A stretch of DNA of 63,464 nucleotides, filler included, from Octopus bimaculoides (taxonomy: Eukaryota), in the NCBI RefSeq assembly GCF_001194135.2. It is 5 parts of 5 records of this genome, joined end to end, with 100 filler letters (N's around TTAATTAATTAA, not from the genome) between each part and the next. Parts side by side here need not be neighbours in the genome. Positions count along the whole stretch, not along the records: positions 33,599 to 57,262 come from NW_026314721.1; positions 57,363 to 60,322 come from NC_068984.1; positions 60,423 to 63,464 come from NC_068981.1; 2 more parts are not named here. The stretch is one strand, 5' to 3'. The first letter of the stretch is position 1; every line of letters starts with the position of its first letter. The translations under genes and the position numbers were made by a program. Below the pieces are notes generated by a model, which was given only the letters and a program-made list of their open reading frames with translations, was not told the DNA's origin and searched no databases. Below, piece by piece: positions 50,051 to 61,811 of this stretch.

Positions 50051-51862
50051 AATACATATAGAGAGTGGGGGGAGAAGAGAGAGAGGAAGAGAGAAGGACT
50101 AAGAGGGGGGAAGAAAGCTATTTATAAATACCCATATAGATACACCATGCTCTCATACTTATACACACACAGATCCATGTATAAGCGTATGTGTGTGTGT
50201 GTGTGTGAGTTTGTATTGCTGTGGGGGTGTTAAACAGGCAGGGAAGCACTCAGTACCTGTGGTGGACTACATATATTTAAATACATTCGCATATATTATC
50301 ATACATTTACATATATGATATCATTTAAAGAGTCTCAGCACACTTCGCCTTCAGTCACTCCATTTAAAAGTAAGAAAGAATCTACTTGGACTAAAAATAT
50401 AAAGCATATATATATATATATATGCATATATATGTATATATGCATANNNNNNNNNNNNNNNNNNNNNNNNNNNNNNNNNNNNNNNNNNNNNNNNNNNNNN
50501 NNNNNNNNNNNNNNNNNNNNNNNNNNNNNNNNNNNNNNNNNNNNNNNNNNNNNNNNNNNNNNNNNNNNNNNNNNNNNNNNNNNNNNNNNNNNNNNNNNNN
50601 NNNNNNNNNNNNNNNNNNNNNNNNNNNNNNNNNNNNNNNNNNNNNNNNNNNNNNNNNNNNNNNNNNNNNNNNNNNNNNNNNNNNNNNNNNNNNNNNNNNN
50701 NNNNNNNNNNNNNNNNNNNNNNNNNNNNNNNNNNNNNNNNNNNNNNNNNNNNNNNNNNNNNNNNNNNNNNNNNNNNNNNNNNNNNNNNNNNNNNNNNNNN
50801 NNNNNNNNNNNNNNNNNNNNNNNNNNNNNNNNNNNNNNNNNNNNNNNNNNNNNNNNNNNNNNNNNNNNNNNNNNNNNNNNNNNNNNNNNNNNNNNNNNNN
50901 NNNNNNNNNNNNNNNNNNNNNNNNNNNNNNNNNNNNNNNNNNNNNNNNNNNNNNNNNNNNNNNNNNNNNNNNNNNNNNNNNNNNNNNNNNNNNNNNNNNN
51001 NNNNNNNNNNNNNNNNNNNNNNNNNNNNNNNNNNNNNNNNNNNNNNNNNNNNNNNNNNNNNNNNNNNNNNNNNNNNNNNNNNNNNNNNNNNNNNNNNNNN
51101 NNNNNNNNNNNNNNNNNNNNNNNNNNNNNNNNNNNNNNNNNNNNNNNNNNNNNNNNNNNNNNNNNNNNNNNNNNNNNNNNNNNNNNNNNNNNNNNNNNNN
51201 NNNNNNNNNNNNNNNNNNNNNNNNNNNNNNNNNNNNNNNNNNNNNNNNNNNNNNNNNNNNNNNNNNNNNNNNNNNNNNNNNNNNNNNNNNNNTAATTGCG
51301 ACTAGTGTGCCATCACCACCACCGTACCACCACCACCACCACCACCACCACCATCATCATCCTCCTCATCATCACCAGCAGTAACCCCTCCACCCTTCCA
51401 CCTTCCCCCCCATATAAATAATGATAATGTTCACCTTTTGATGAAAAATTAAAACATCTTTATAGAAAAACACATAAATCATTTTATATTCAGGCATAGT
51501 GTATCTAGGACTACATCATCTAATGTACAGTATAGGAGTTAGTATTAGGTGGCTATAGTTGTTGTTGTTGTTTAGCCCCAGGTCAGTCCTGGCGCAGTAA
51601 ATAGACCTACGATCAAAGACGTTCCAGCCGTGACCATCCCATTTTTAACTGTAAAGTCATTATTTAGTGGAACCTTCTGGAATCATTTGGTGTGGATGTT
51701 TTTTTTTTCTGCTGCCCTTTTGCCCCTGTTGCAGTCTCAGAAAAGGGTCAACTGATGGTGCACAACTGGGGCCTGGTTCGCTGCATTCCTGTAGAGAAGG
51801 GTAGAGATGGTGCCTTCCTCTGTAATCTCTTTAATTTTCAAAAATGGTTTTGTGCTAAACAG

Positions 51863-52015
51863 GAATTAAAGCTGCTGTAGCATTTGGGACCACAAAGAAG
51901 GGGCCAATTGATTCAAAAGATGGTTGTGAGTCCCAGGGAGCAGAAGTTTGTGGAGAGAAGCTTTATGAATATAAGGAGCATATGTTGGTTACAATGATGG
52001 CTGACTTAGGCAACG
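51863..52015 (+). CDS. Candidate internal coding exon (phase 1-1, 153 nt): IKAAVAFGTTKKGPIDSKDGCESQGAEVCGEKLYEYKEHMLVTMMADLGN; product not recognised
   Basis: Acceptor ttttgtgctaaacag|GA and strong donor AACG|gtgagg; length divisible by 3; about 50 open codons with globular-protein-like composition. Confidence 0.55.
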
Positions 52016-52069
52016 GTGAGGTGTGGAAGAGGCGGGATTCTTGTGTGAGGAGGTGGATGGGAGGATGGA

Positions 52070-52114
52070 TAGATGGACGGATAAGCAGAAGGACAGACAG
52101 ACAGACACAGACAC

Positions 52115-52170
<56 letters not shown>

Positions 52171-52318
52171 TGAGAGAGAGAGGACAGACAGATAGAGAGA
52201 GAAACAGCTGGAGAGATGGAAAGATAGACAGACATAGATAAATGGATACATATATATAGACAGATAGACAGACAGATAGATAGAGAAAGAGAGAGAGATA
52301 GATGGATAGATAGACAGA

Positions 52319-52358
<40 letters not shown>

Positions 52359-52480
52359 TAGGTAGATAGATAGATAGATAGGTAGATAGATAGAGAGGCA
52401 GGCAGACAGAAAGGGAGATAGATTGATGATGAATAGATGGATAAATAAATAGGTAAATAGGTAGGCAAGTAAATATAACA

Positions 52481-52516
<36 letters not shown>

Positions 52517-52530
52517 TCAGGCAAACAGAC
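52070..52530. repeat. Compound (GA)/(GATA)/(GACA) microsatellite
   Basis: Direct reading. Confidence 0.95.
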
Positions 52531-53060
52531 AGACAAAGGGGCTGTCGTGGTGTGGAGATGGATAACAAGATAAAGAGGCAGGTAAATATTGAAATACAAA
52601 TGGAAGAGTTTTGATTGATAGATCGATCTTTACAAAGATTAATGCTTAGCTGGGATTATCTCTCTCTCTCTTTCTTTCTTTTTTTTTTCCTTACATGCAC
52701 AAACCGTATAAGTATCATATACAGAAACACATATATACATATACACATATATACATATACACATATACATATATATTATACATATCAACATATATACATA
52801 AATATACATACTTTTTCTCTCCCTATATATATATGTATGTATATATATATATATATATTCTATACCTATATATTGTGCTATATACTATATACATATATAT
52901 ACATGTATATATACACATACAAATGTATGTACACATGCACACATATATACATACACAAATTGTCTACAAATGTGTAGCTATGTATATTGAATGTTCAGCT
53001 TGTTATAAAGTAGAATTTGAAATGGCTTAAGCAAACATACACACATACTATACACACATG

Positions 53061-53118
<58 letters not shown>

Positions 53119-53961
53119 NNNNNNNNNNNNNNNNNNNNNNNNNNNNNNNNNNNNNNNNNNNNNNNNNNNNNNNNNNNNNNNNNNNNNNNNNNNNNNNNNN
53201 NNNNNNNNNNNNNNNNNNNNNNNNNNNNNNNNNNNNNNNNNNNNNNNNNNNNNNNNNNNNNNNNNNNNNNNNNNNNNNNNNNNNNNNNNNNNNNNNNNNN
53301 NNNNNNNNNNNNNNNNNNNNNNNNNNNNNNNNNNNNNNNNNNNNNNNNNNNNNNNNNNNNNNNNNNNNNNNNNNNNNNNNNNNNNNNNNNNNNNNNNNNN
53401 NNNNNNNNNNNNNNNNNNNNNNNNNNNNNNNNNNNNNNNNNNNNNNNNNNNNNNNNNNNNNNNNNNNNNNNNNNNNNNNNNNNNNNNNNNNNNNNNNNNN
53501 NNNNNNNNNNNNNNNNNNNNNNNNNNNNNNNNNNNNNNNNNNNNNNNNNNNNNNNNNNNNNNNNNNNNNNNNNNNNNNNNNNNNNNNNNNNNNNNNNNNN
53601 NNNNNNNNNNNNNNNNNNNNNNNNNNNNNNNNNNNNNNNNNNNNNNNNNNNNNNNNNNNNNNNNNNNNNNNNNNNNNNNNNNNNNNNNNNNNNNNNNNNN
53701 NNNNNNNNNNNNNNNNNNNNNNNNNNNNNNNNNNNNNNNNNNNNNNNNNNNNNNNNNNNNNNNNNNNNNNNNNNNNNNNNNNNNNNNNNNNNNNNNNNNN
53801 NNNNNNNNNNNNNNNNNNNNNNNNNNNNNNNNNNNNNNNNNNNNNNNNNNNNNNNNNNNNNNNNNNNNNNNNNNNNNNNNNNNNNNNNNNNNNNNNNNNN
53901 NNNNNNNNTGTAAGAAATGGTGGTGTTGGTGGTGGTGGTCGTGTGATTGCATTTAACAGAC

Positions 53962-54300
53962 ATAGCAGCCAAATCTCCCTCAAATCACACCCTACTCTCT
54001 GATCTATGTATATATGTAAGTATGAGCCAATGAGGGAGACCTCTACATGGTAGCTGGACCTGCTAGAAATAGCAACCAAATCTCCCTCAAATCACACCCT
54101 ACTCTCTTATCTATGTATATATATGTATGTATGAGCCAGTGAGGGAGACCTCTACATGGTAGCCTGACCTGCTAGAAATAGCAACCAAATCTCCCTCAAA
54201 TCACACCCTACTCTCTTATCTATGTATATATGTATGTATGAGACAATGAGGGAGACCTCTACATGGTAGCTAGCCCTGGTAGAAATAGCAGTCAAGTCTC
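53962..54300. repeat. Tandem array, three full units of 107-109 bp plus a partial fourth
   Basis: ATAGCA.CCAAATCTCCCTCAAATCACACCCTACTCTC..ATCTATGTATATA..ATGAG.CA.TGAGGGAGACCTCTACATGGTAGC; unit starts at 53962, 54069, 54178 and 54285. Confidence 0.93.
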
Positions 54301-54369
54301 CTGTTCCTTATACATACATGAAGCCCCTTTCCAATACACAGCTGCCCCCACAAAAGATCTCCCTGGATG

Positions 54370-54590
54370 TAAACACACCAACATTGGTTATCAAGCAATG
54401 GTGGAGAGACAAACACACACACATATATATACACAACAGGTTTCTTTCAGTTTCCACTTACTAAATCCACTCACAAGGCTTTGGTTGGCCCAAGGCTATA
54501 GTAGAAGACTCGCGACCATGGTGCCAAGCAGTGGAATGGAACCTGGAACCATGTGGTTGGTAAACAAGCTTCTTACCCCACAGCCACATA
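54370..54590 (-). mobile_element. SINE family A
   Basis: GTAAACACACCAAC..TCAAGCAATG..TTTCTTTCAGTTTCC..AAATCCACTCACAAGGC..GGAACCATGTGGTTGGTAAACAAGCT..CACAGCCAC. Confidence 0.85.
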
Positions 54591-54595
54591 TATAC

Positions 54596-54630
<35 letters not shown>

Positions 54631-54673
54631 CATATAAATATGTGTATATGTGTGTGTGTGTGTATACTTATAT

Positions 54674-55038
54674 ATGTTGTATTTTGGGATGGTCATTTTT
54701 TAGAGGCCAAATACACACACACACACTATTAATTCATTCTTTAGTTATTTATTATTGTTCTTAATGTCCATTCTTTAGAGATTTTTTTCCTCACACATCT
54801 GCGACTTCTTCAGCAACCCTTCCTATCCAAGTGTATCCTCTTGCTCCACTTAGTCCAGAGCACGAGGATACACATGGATGGGAGGGGTCACTGAAGTGGT
54901 TGCAGATGTGACAAAAGATTTTCAGACAATGGACATCAGATAAAATAAGAACAGCAATAAATGAGTGAAAAGAACAAACAAACAGGGCATGTGTTTATAT
55001 TTCCCCCCCACCCCATCATGACCACCACAAAAAAAATG
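54674..55038. mobile_element. Palindromic (fold-back) repeat element, copy 1
   Basis: Internal inverted arms centred on CACTTAGTCCA (~54847-54857); the whole unit is ~96% identical (hand count) to the reverse complement of 55587-55955. Confidence 0.85.
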
Positions 55039-55244
55039 CAAATGATTTGCACATGCAAGTGCTACCAGTCGAAAGCCTCGCATACTGGAAGCCAGCAAAT
55101 GCATGGTGTCATCAGGAAAGAACATGTGCCATTTCGGGGCCCACTACATTATTGCGCATGCCCGTCACTCGTCCCCGACATAACATAAAGCCCTGCTCTC
55201 TAGATCAGCTGCTTATCAAATATAGCTCAATATACTTCTAGCCA

Positions 55245-55530
55245 TCACTCATCGTCTCTTTTTCACCAAATCCAATGGCTAACCTTTCCCACTAGTCTGA
55301 ATATCGTTCAAGGTGGCGTTTGCTTTACGATTAGTTAGGCCTAACGATAACAAGTTGCCTCATACTGTGTCCAACGAATCCTCTACGTCCGACTTTGATT
55401 GGAAAATGCTTCACTTTCCAGCCTGCATCTTCACATCCCTCAAGGACGTTTACGTAACGGTCAAGCTTTCTCAAGCCCGAGTAGCGTCCATGTTATCTTC
55501 ATGAGGAACCATTAATGAGTTTGTGTTGCT
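55245..55530 (-). mobile_element. HERO-like R2-superfamily retrotransposon 3' fragment (same family as 8025-8270)
   Basis: Minus strand gives ELMVPHEDNMD..YVNVLEGCEDAGWKVKHFPIKVGRRGFVGHSMRQL..LGLTNRKANATLNDIQT; DNA similarity to 8040-8260. Confidence 0.75.
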
Positions 55531-55536
55531 AGATTC

Positions 55537-55980
55537 CCGATGAGAAACTGTGTGTTGAAACAGATATTGTTATGTTTCTGGATGGTCATTTATTTTGTGG
55601 TGGTCACGATGGGGTGGGGAGAAATATAAACACATTCCCTGTTTGTTTGTTCTTTTCACTCGTTTATTGCTGTTCTTATTTTATCTGATGTCCATTGTCT
55701 GAAAATCTTTTGTCACATCTGCAACCACTTCAGTGACCCCTCCCATCCATGTGTATCCTCGTGCTCTGGACTAAGTGGAGCAGGAGGATACACTTGGATG
55801 GGAAGGGTTGCTGAAGAGGTCGCATATGTGTGAGGAAAAAAAAATCTCTAAAGAATGGACATTAAGAACAATAATAAATAACTAAAGAATGAATAAATAA
55901 TGTGTGTGTGTGTATATTTGGCCTCTAAAAAAATGACCATCCCAAAATACAACATCTGTTTCAACACAGTTTCATATCAG
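55537..55980. mobile_element. Palindromic (fold-back) repeat element, copy 2, bounded by inverted HHR-like motifs
   Basis: Begins CCGATGAGAAACTGTGTGTTGAAACAGAT.TTGT..GGATGGTCATTT and ends with the reverse complement of CTGATATGAAACTGTGTTGAAACAGATGTTGTATTTTGGGATGGTCATTT. Confidence 0.8.
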
Positions 55981-57362
55981 AAATTTTGTAACACAGTTTC
56001 AAAACAAATTCTTTGTCGTCGTCGTCATCATTTAACATACATTGTCCATGCTGACATGAGTTGAACAGTTTGACTTGGTAAGTAGGAAGGCAGCCCAAGG
56101 TGTCATGCAGTGGGACTGAACCCAGAACCATGTGGTTGGGAAGCAAGCTTCTTACCACACAGCCACGCCTGCACCTATATATATATACATAAATATATGT
56201 ATATATATATTTATATATATATATATATANNNNNNNNNNNNNNNNNNNNNNNNNNNNNNNNNNNNNNNNNNNNNNNNNNNNNNNNNNNNNNNNNNNNNNN
56301 NNNNNNNNNNNNNNNNNNNNNNNNNNNNNNNNNNNNNNNNNNNNNNNNNNNNNNNNNNNNNNNNNNNNNNNNNNNNNNNNNNNNNNNNNNNNNNNNNNNN
56401 NNNNNNNNNNNNNNNNNNNNNNNNNNNNNNNNNNNNNNNNNNNNNNNNNNNNNNNNNNNNNNNNNNNNNNNNNNNNNNNNNNNNNNNNNNNNNNNNNNNN
56501 NNNNNNNNNNNNNNNNNNNNNNNNNNNNNNNNNNNNNNNNNNNNNNNNNNNNNNNNNNNNNNNNNNNNNNNNNNNNNNNNNNNNNNNNNNNNNNNNNNNN
56601 NNNNNNNNNNNNNNNNNNNNNNNNNNNNNNNNNNNNNNNNNNNNNNNNNNNNNNNNNNNNNNNNNNNNNNNNNNNNNNNNNNNNNNNNNNNNNNNNNNNN
56701 NNNNNNNNNNNNNNNNNNNNNNNNNNNNNNNNNNNNNNNNNNNNNNNNNNNNNNNNNNNNNNNNNNNNNNNNNNNNNNNNNNNNNNNNNNNNNNNNNNNN
56801 NNNNNNNNNNNNNNNNNNNNNNNNNNNNNNNNNNNNNNNNNNNNNNNNNNNNNNNNNNNNNNNNNNNNNNNNNNNNNNNNNNNNNNNNNNNNNNNNNNNN
56901 NNNNNNNNNNNNNNNNNNNNNNNNNNNNNNNNNNNTTCAAAGTGGGTTTCTCTCTGCTTATCTGGAATCAGGGAGAGAGAGACAAACTTCTGAAAGATCC
57001 GCTGCAATGGAAGAGGGCGAATGTGGAGGGGACGACGACGACCACGCCGATAACACACCGCTTATCTCTCTACCTCTCTCTCTCCCTCTCACACTCTACC
57101 TCCTCCTCCTCCTCTTCCAATCTTTAGAACAACTGGAGAGAGGTAGAGAGAGGTAGAGAGAGAGAGAGGTAGAGAGAGAGAGAGGATAGGAGGGGGATAT
57201 GGCACTTCTTCTTTCTCTACTTCTCTCTCTCTCTCTCTCTCTCTCCTTGCTCCTTTCTCTCTNNNNNNNNNNNNNNNNNNNNNNNNNNNNNNNNNNNNNN
57301 NNNNNNTTAATTAATTAANNNNNNNNNNNNNNNNNNNNNNNNNNNNNNNNNNNNNNNNNNNN

Positions 57363-57427
<65 letters not shown>

Positions 57428-57439
57428 GTATGTGTGCGT

Positions 57440-57625
57440 GTGTGTGTATGTTTGTGTGTCTGTTTGCCCCCTCAACATCGCTTGACAACCGATGCTGGTA
57501 TGTTTACGTCCCCGTAGCTTAGCGGTTCGGCAAAAGATACCGATAGAATAAGTACTTGGCTGACAAAGAATAAGTCCTGAGGTCGATTTGTTCGACTAAA
57601 CGCGAAACAAGTAAAATATAAAAGA
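57440..57625 (+). mobile_element. SINE family A, 3' half
   Basis: TGTTTGCCCCCTCAACATCGCTTGACAACCGATGCTGG..GCGGTTCGGCAAAAGATACCGATAGAATAAGTAC..GGTCGATTTGTTCGACTAAA. Confidence 0.9.
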
Positions 57626-59106
57626 TAAATGCACACACGCACACGCACATACACACATACACATATTACCGACCACATACTTAATGCATATTGCGTACAT
57701 GAAGTGCGTGAAACAAGCGATGGTCTATTTCATACTGAGAAGCATCAGGCGAATAAAATATCACATTAGTGTAGTTAATAAATTGAGTGAAATCTATTAT
57801 AGCAGAAGCCATCCTAATAATCTACACAAAAAACTAATATTTTTTTAGTTACAGCCTCCTTAGGAATTTTTGTTCATCACCCTTATCATCATCCCTCATG
57901 CCTTTTCGCGGTATTGAATGCTTTTCGACCCAAAGTAACTTTCAGCTGCTACAAGAAACTATTCACAACCTCGTTGAGATCGATGTTCTGTTTTTCTACG
58001 TACCATGCAGACGGCGTTTCCATAAGCTGTCTCGGCTATCTCTACAACACAGTCAAAACCCATAAACTGATTTGTTAATTTGCCTAAGTGTTCTTCTTGA
58101 TGATTTATATTATATTTCTTTTCTGACGAGCTGCGAAAAGCATATAGTTAAAAGTAGTTGCTATCTTTAATAATTTACTGGTCATCCGTTAGGATTTACT
58201 CTCCCCTTTAAGGAATTCTGTCTCTTTTCTTCTTCTTTTTACTCTCCCCTTGGTGTTTAGCAGCACTGTATTCTTCTTCTTCTTTCCAATGCAGTAAGGT
58301 GATGAGGGGGAGTGAGCTTTAGATTCGTTGTTGCTTTGGAGAGATCTTAGAAGATATAGAATACTCAAATTGCGTTCTGAACGAACAGAGTTTACTCTTG
58401 CCTGTTTTGATTTATTATTGCTCTCTCGCAGTTCGCACATTTTATTTACTGTAATTTTTGCACAATGTAAAAACCAAATTTCCGTATATACTTTAAATTT
58501 TCCATCCGTCACAAGAACTAGATAATTATTTTCTTAAGAAATCAAATATTTAACTGTCTTCTAGTCTGCTTGTCTGTCCCTATCTCTTTCTTTTTCTCAT
58601 TCTCAACCCCGCCACATATACAATAACATATTTTTTGTATATCTTAACTTCTGTCAGTTTAAGGAAGATATATCATCACAAACCAGATCTGATTAACAAG
58701 TATTAGAATTATTTACATAAGATCATATCTTCAGATTCCTCCTCTATTTCATAAGCGAGGTGATTATGTTAAGAAGTCAGTCAGTTTTCACTTACGCGTT
58801 TTTGCATTCCTGCTCTAAGCTGAAAGGAAATAGCTAGTTTCATCAACTTGTACATTCTTAGAGAATGTATATATAAGATTTATTTTAAATAAGAGACGGC
58901 ATTCTACTTTGATATTAGAATCTAGTTAAAATTTCTAAAGTTCTTTCTTCATCAGTTTTTAGATAAAATCAGATGGGGCATTAACCAAGTAGTGCATTTT
59001 GTTGCATATGCCGAAATCTTGTATTGCCGATTTCACTTCAGACAGATGATTGTCTTTTGTAGTAGTCACAATAATTAATGTCTAAGCCAGAAATCATCGC
59101 GTATAA

Positions 59107-59690
59107 TATTCGCTTGGCAACGAAATTCACGCGGATTTTTTTTATTTTGGAATTTATTTATTGCGTTTTTAAATTTTGCAATCTATTTTTTATCGAGAAT
59201 TCTATTTTTGATTCATCTTGGAATATATTTTGTTTTTGTTTTTTCTAGTTCATTTTAGTTAATTTTTGTTTATTTTCAGATCATTAAAATAGAATATCAA
59301 TTTAAGAAAAACGAGCATTTTCGACACCTCTTTTTGCTTTTTATCAAACTTCTAAGGCCGAAAAAGCTGCTCGCGACATTTGTGCTGTGTATGGAGAAGG
59401 TGCCATAACTGAAAGAACCGCTCGTGATTGGTATGCCAAATTCAAAAATGGCCGTCCAGTTGAGTTCGATGAAGCGCGATTAAACCAACTTTTGCATGAA
59501 AATTCTCATCAAAGGACAAGGGAACTGGCAGAGAAAATGGAATGCTCCCACACTGCTATAGAGAATCATCTTCACTCGATGGGAAAGGTTCAGAAGTATG
59601 GAGCATGGGTTCCGCCTGCTTTAAGTAACAACAACAAAAATCAACGAGCCACAATCCCCGCTGGTTTGATTGCTCGTCACCGCTCAAATC
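59107..59690 (+). mobile_element. Mariner transposon, 5' part (left TIR plus N-terminal HTH region of the transposase), truncated
   Basis: TIR-like TATTCGCTTGGCAACGAAATTC; KAARDICAVYGEGAITERTARDWYAKFKNG..RPVEFDEARLNQLLHENSHQRTRELAEKMECSHTAIENHLHSMGKVQKYGAWVP (WVPHEL-type motif); frameshift near the start and a short internal deletion. Confidence 0.92.
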
Positions 59691-59799
59691 ATATACATCT
59701 ACACATTAATATCTATATATAAATACTCATAGAGGAAACGCATATAAACATTGGTACTATAGATCAAATTCAGGGATGGCTCTATGGATAGCATATACA

Positions 59800-60256
59800 T
59801 AAGACAAATACACAACTGGAGTTTGGAATTCACAACCGTTTTTTCGGCAACATCTTATTGATGCATTCTTAGAATACATCATAGCAAAAATCCGGCAGCC
59901 TTTTTTCTTCTAGCGCTGACTTAAGCCGCTCAAGCCACTCGCATTAGATCGCTTTTGTTATCGTTTGGTTTGGGTTTAAAAGATCAAAGTGGACTCAACA
60001 TTTCATATCTCACGAAACAGATAACAACACCTTCTTTGGCCTTAGGTGCCGGTATTTTTCCTTTCCCTACCCATAGTCTTCTGCGCTTAACATCTTTATA
60101 CAGAACACATTTCTCGTCACCAATCACTATTCGGTCCAAACAAAGGTTTATTCGCGCGCGTTTAGGCTCGGAAAGCTTGTGAGGAACCCGTTGAGCCAAT
60201 TTGCTGACTTTTAGTTCATGCAATTGTAAAAACTGCATTATTTATGGGACTACCCA
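59800..60256 (-). mobile_element. Second mariner element, internally deleted
   Basis: TIR-like TTGGGTAGTCCCATAAATAATGC, then LKVSKLAQRVPHKLSE..LDRIVIGDEKCVLYKDVKRRRLWV..PAPKAK..QTITK..CEWLERLKSALEEKR (RIVTGDEKW equivalent). Confidence 0.88.
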
Positions 60257-60422
60257 AGGTCTTGTATACATTTAGAAAAAAATATACCAATTTTTATACA
60301 AAAAAGGTGTTTAACGTTTGAANNNNNNNNNNNNNNNNNNNNNNNNNNNNNNNNNNNNNNNNNNNNTTAATTAATTAANNNNNNNNNNNNNNNNNNNNNN
60401 NNNNNNNNNNNNNNNNNNNNNN

Positions 60423-60598
60423 CATACCGAAAATTGCACTACTGGGTACTGCACACATTCTACGCAAAACACTTTCAATACAGTAAACATAAGAGCACCA
60501 CAGCAAACCACAGCACATACCCAAGGCGCACAGAGCTGCGCTCGGTAGTGAAGTGAAAGCACGCTATAAAAATAAAACTACTGAATAATAATAATAAT
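60423..60598 (+). mobile_element. R4/Dong-like non-LTR retrotransposon 3' end, copy 1, ending in (AAT)n
   Basis: KIALLGTAHILRKTLSIQ* plus 3' UTR ..GCTGCGCTCGGTAGTGAAGTGAAAGCACGCTATAAAAATAAAACTACTG-(AAT)n. Confidence 0.8.
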
Positions 60599-60969
60599 GT
60601 ATCAATACCAGCAGATGACAAGCAGATGACAACGTTTCTCTAAAAGAAATGGAGAAACTTTCAAAATACAAAGACCTGGAAATAGAGGTAACTCGAATGT
60701 GGAATCTAAAAACAGAAGCAATTCCTATCATAGTAGGCGCATTAGGTATGATAAAAAATATTCAAACATATACATAACAAAAACACCAGGACTTACAAGT
60801 ATATATAACATACAGAAAATTGCACTACTGGGCATTGTACACATCCTACGCAAAACACTTTCAATACAATAACCATAAGAACATCACAGCAAACCACGGC
60901 AGATACCCAAGGCACACAGAGCTGCGCTCGGTAGTGAAGTGAAAGCACGCTATAAAAATAAAACTACTA

Positions 60970-61015
<46 letters not shown>
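60599..61015 (+). mobile_element. R4/Dong-like non-LTR retrotransposon 3' end, copy 2 (RLE domain), ending in (AAT)n
   Basis: SIPADD..NVSLKEMEKLSKYKDLEIEVTRMWNLKTEAIPIIVGALGMIK..ITKTPGLTSIYNIQKIALLG.VHILRKTLSIQ*, with the same 3' UTR. Confidence 0.88.
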
Positions 61016-61568
61016 NNNNNNNNNNNNNNNNNNNNNNNNNNNNNNNNNNNNNNNNNNNNNNNNNNNNNNNNNNNNNNNNNNNNNNNNNNNNNNNNNNNNN
61101 NNNNNNNNNNNNNNNNNNNNNNNNNNNNNNNNNNNNNNNNNNNNNNNNNNNNNNNNNNNNNNNNNNNNNNNNNNNNNNNNNNNNNNNNNNNNNNNNNNNN
61201 NNNNNNNNNNNNNNNNNNNNNNNNNNNNNNNNNNNNNNNNNNNNNNNNNNNNNNNNNNNNNNNNNNNNNNNNNNNNNNNNNNNNNNNNNNNNNNNNNNNN
61301 NNNNNNNNNNNNNNNNNNNNNNNNNNNNNNNNNNNNNNNNNNNNNNNNNNNNNNNNNNNNNNNNNNNNNNNNNNNNNNNNNNNNNNNNNNNNNNNNNNNN
61401 NNNNNNNNNNNNNNNNNNNNNNNNNNNNNNNNNNNNNNNNNNNNNNNNNNNNNNNNNNNNNNNNNNNNNNNNNNNNNNNNNNNNNNNNNNNNNNNNNNNN
61501 NNNNNNNNNNNNNNNNNNNNNNNNNNNNNNNNNNNNNNNNNNNNNNNNNNNNNNNNNNNNNNNNNNNN

Positions 61569-61811
61569 TATAGTAGGTGCCTTAGGTATAATAAAAAAAT
61601 ATTCAGACAAATACATAACAAAAACACCAGGACTTACAAATATATATAACACAGAAAATTGCATTACTGGGCACTGTACACATCCTACGCAAAACACTTT
61701 CAATACAGTAACCACAAGAGCACCACAGCAAACCACAGCACATACCCAAGGCGCACAGAGATGCGCTCGGTAGTGAAGTGAAAGCACGTTATAAAAATAA
61801 AACTACTGAAC

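Noticed and set aside
57997-58034. Small minus-strand exon candidate (EIAETAYGNAVCM or DSRDSLWKRRLH) with donor ATG|gtacgt
   Set aside because: At 38 nt with two open frames, it cannot be linked to a recognisable protein; such sites are expected by chance in 60 kb.
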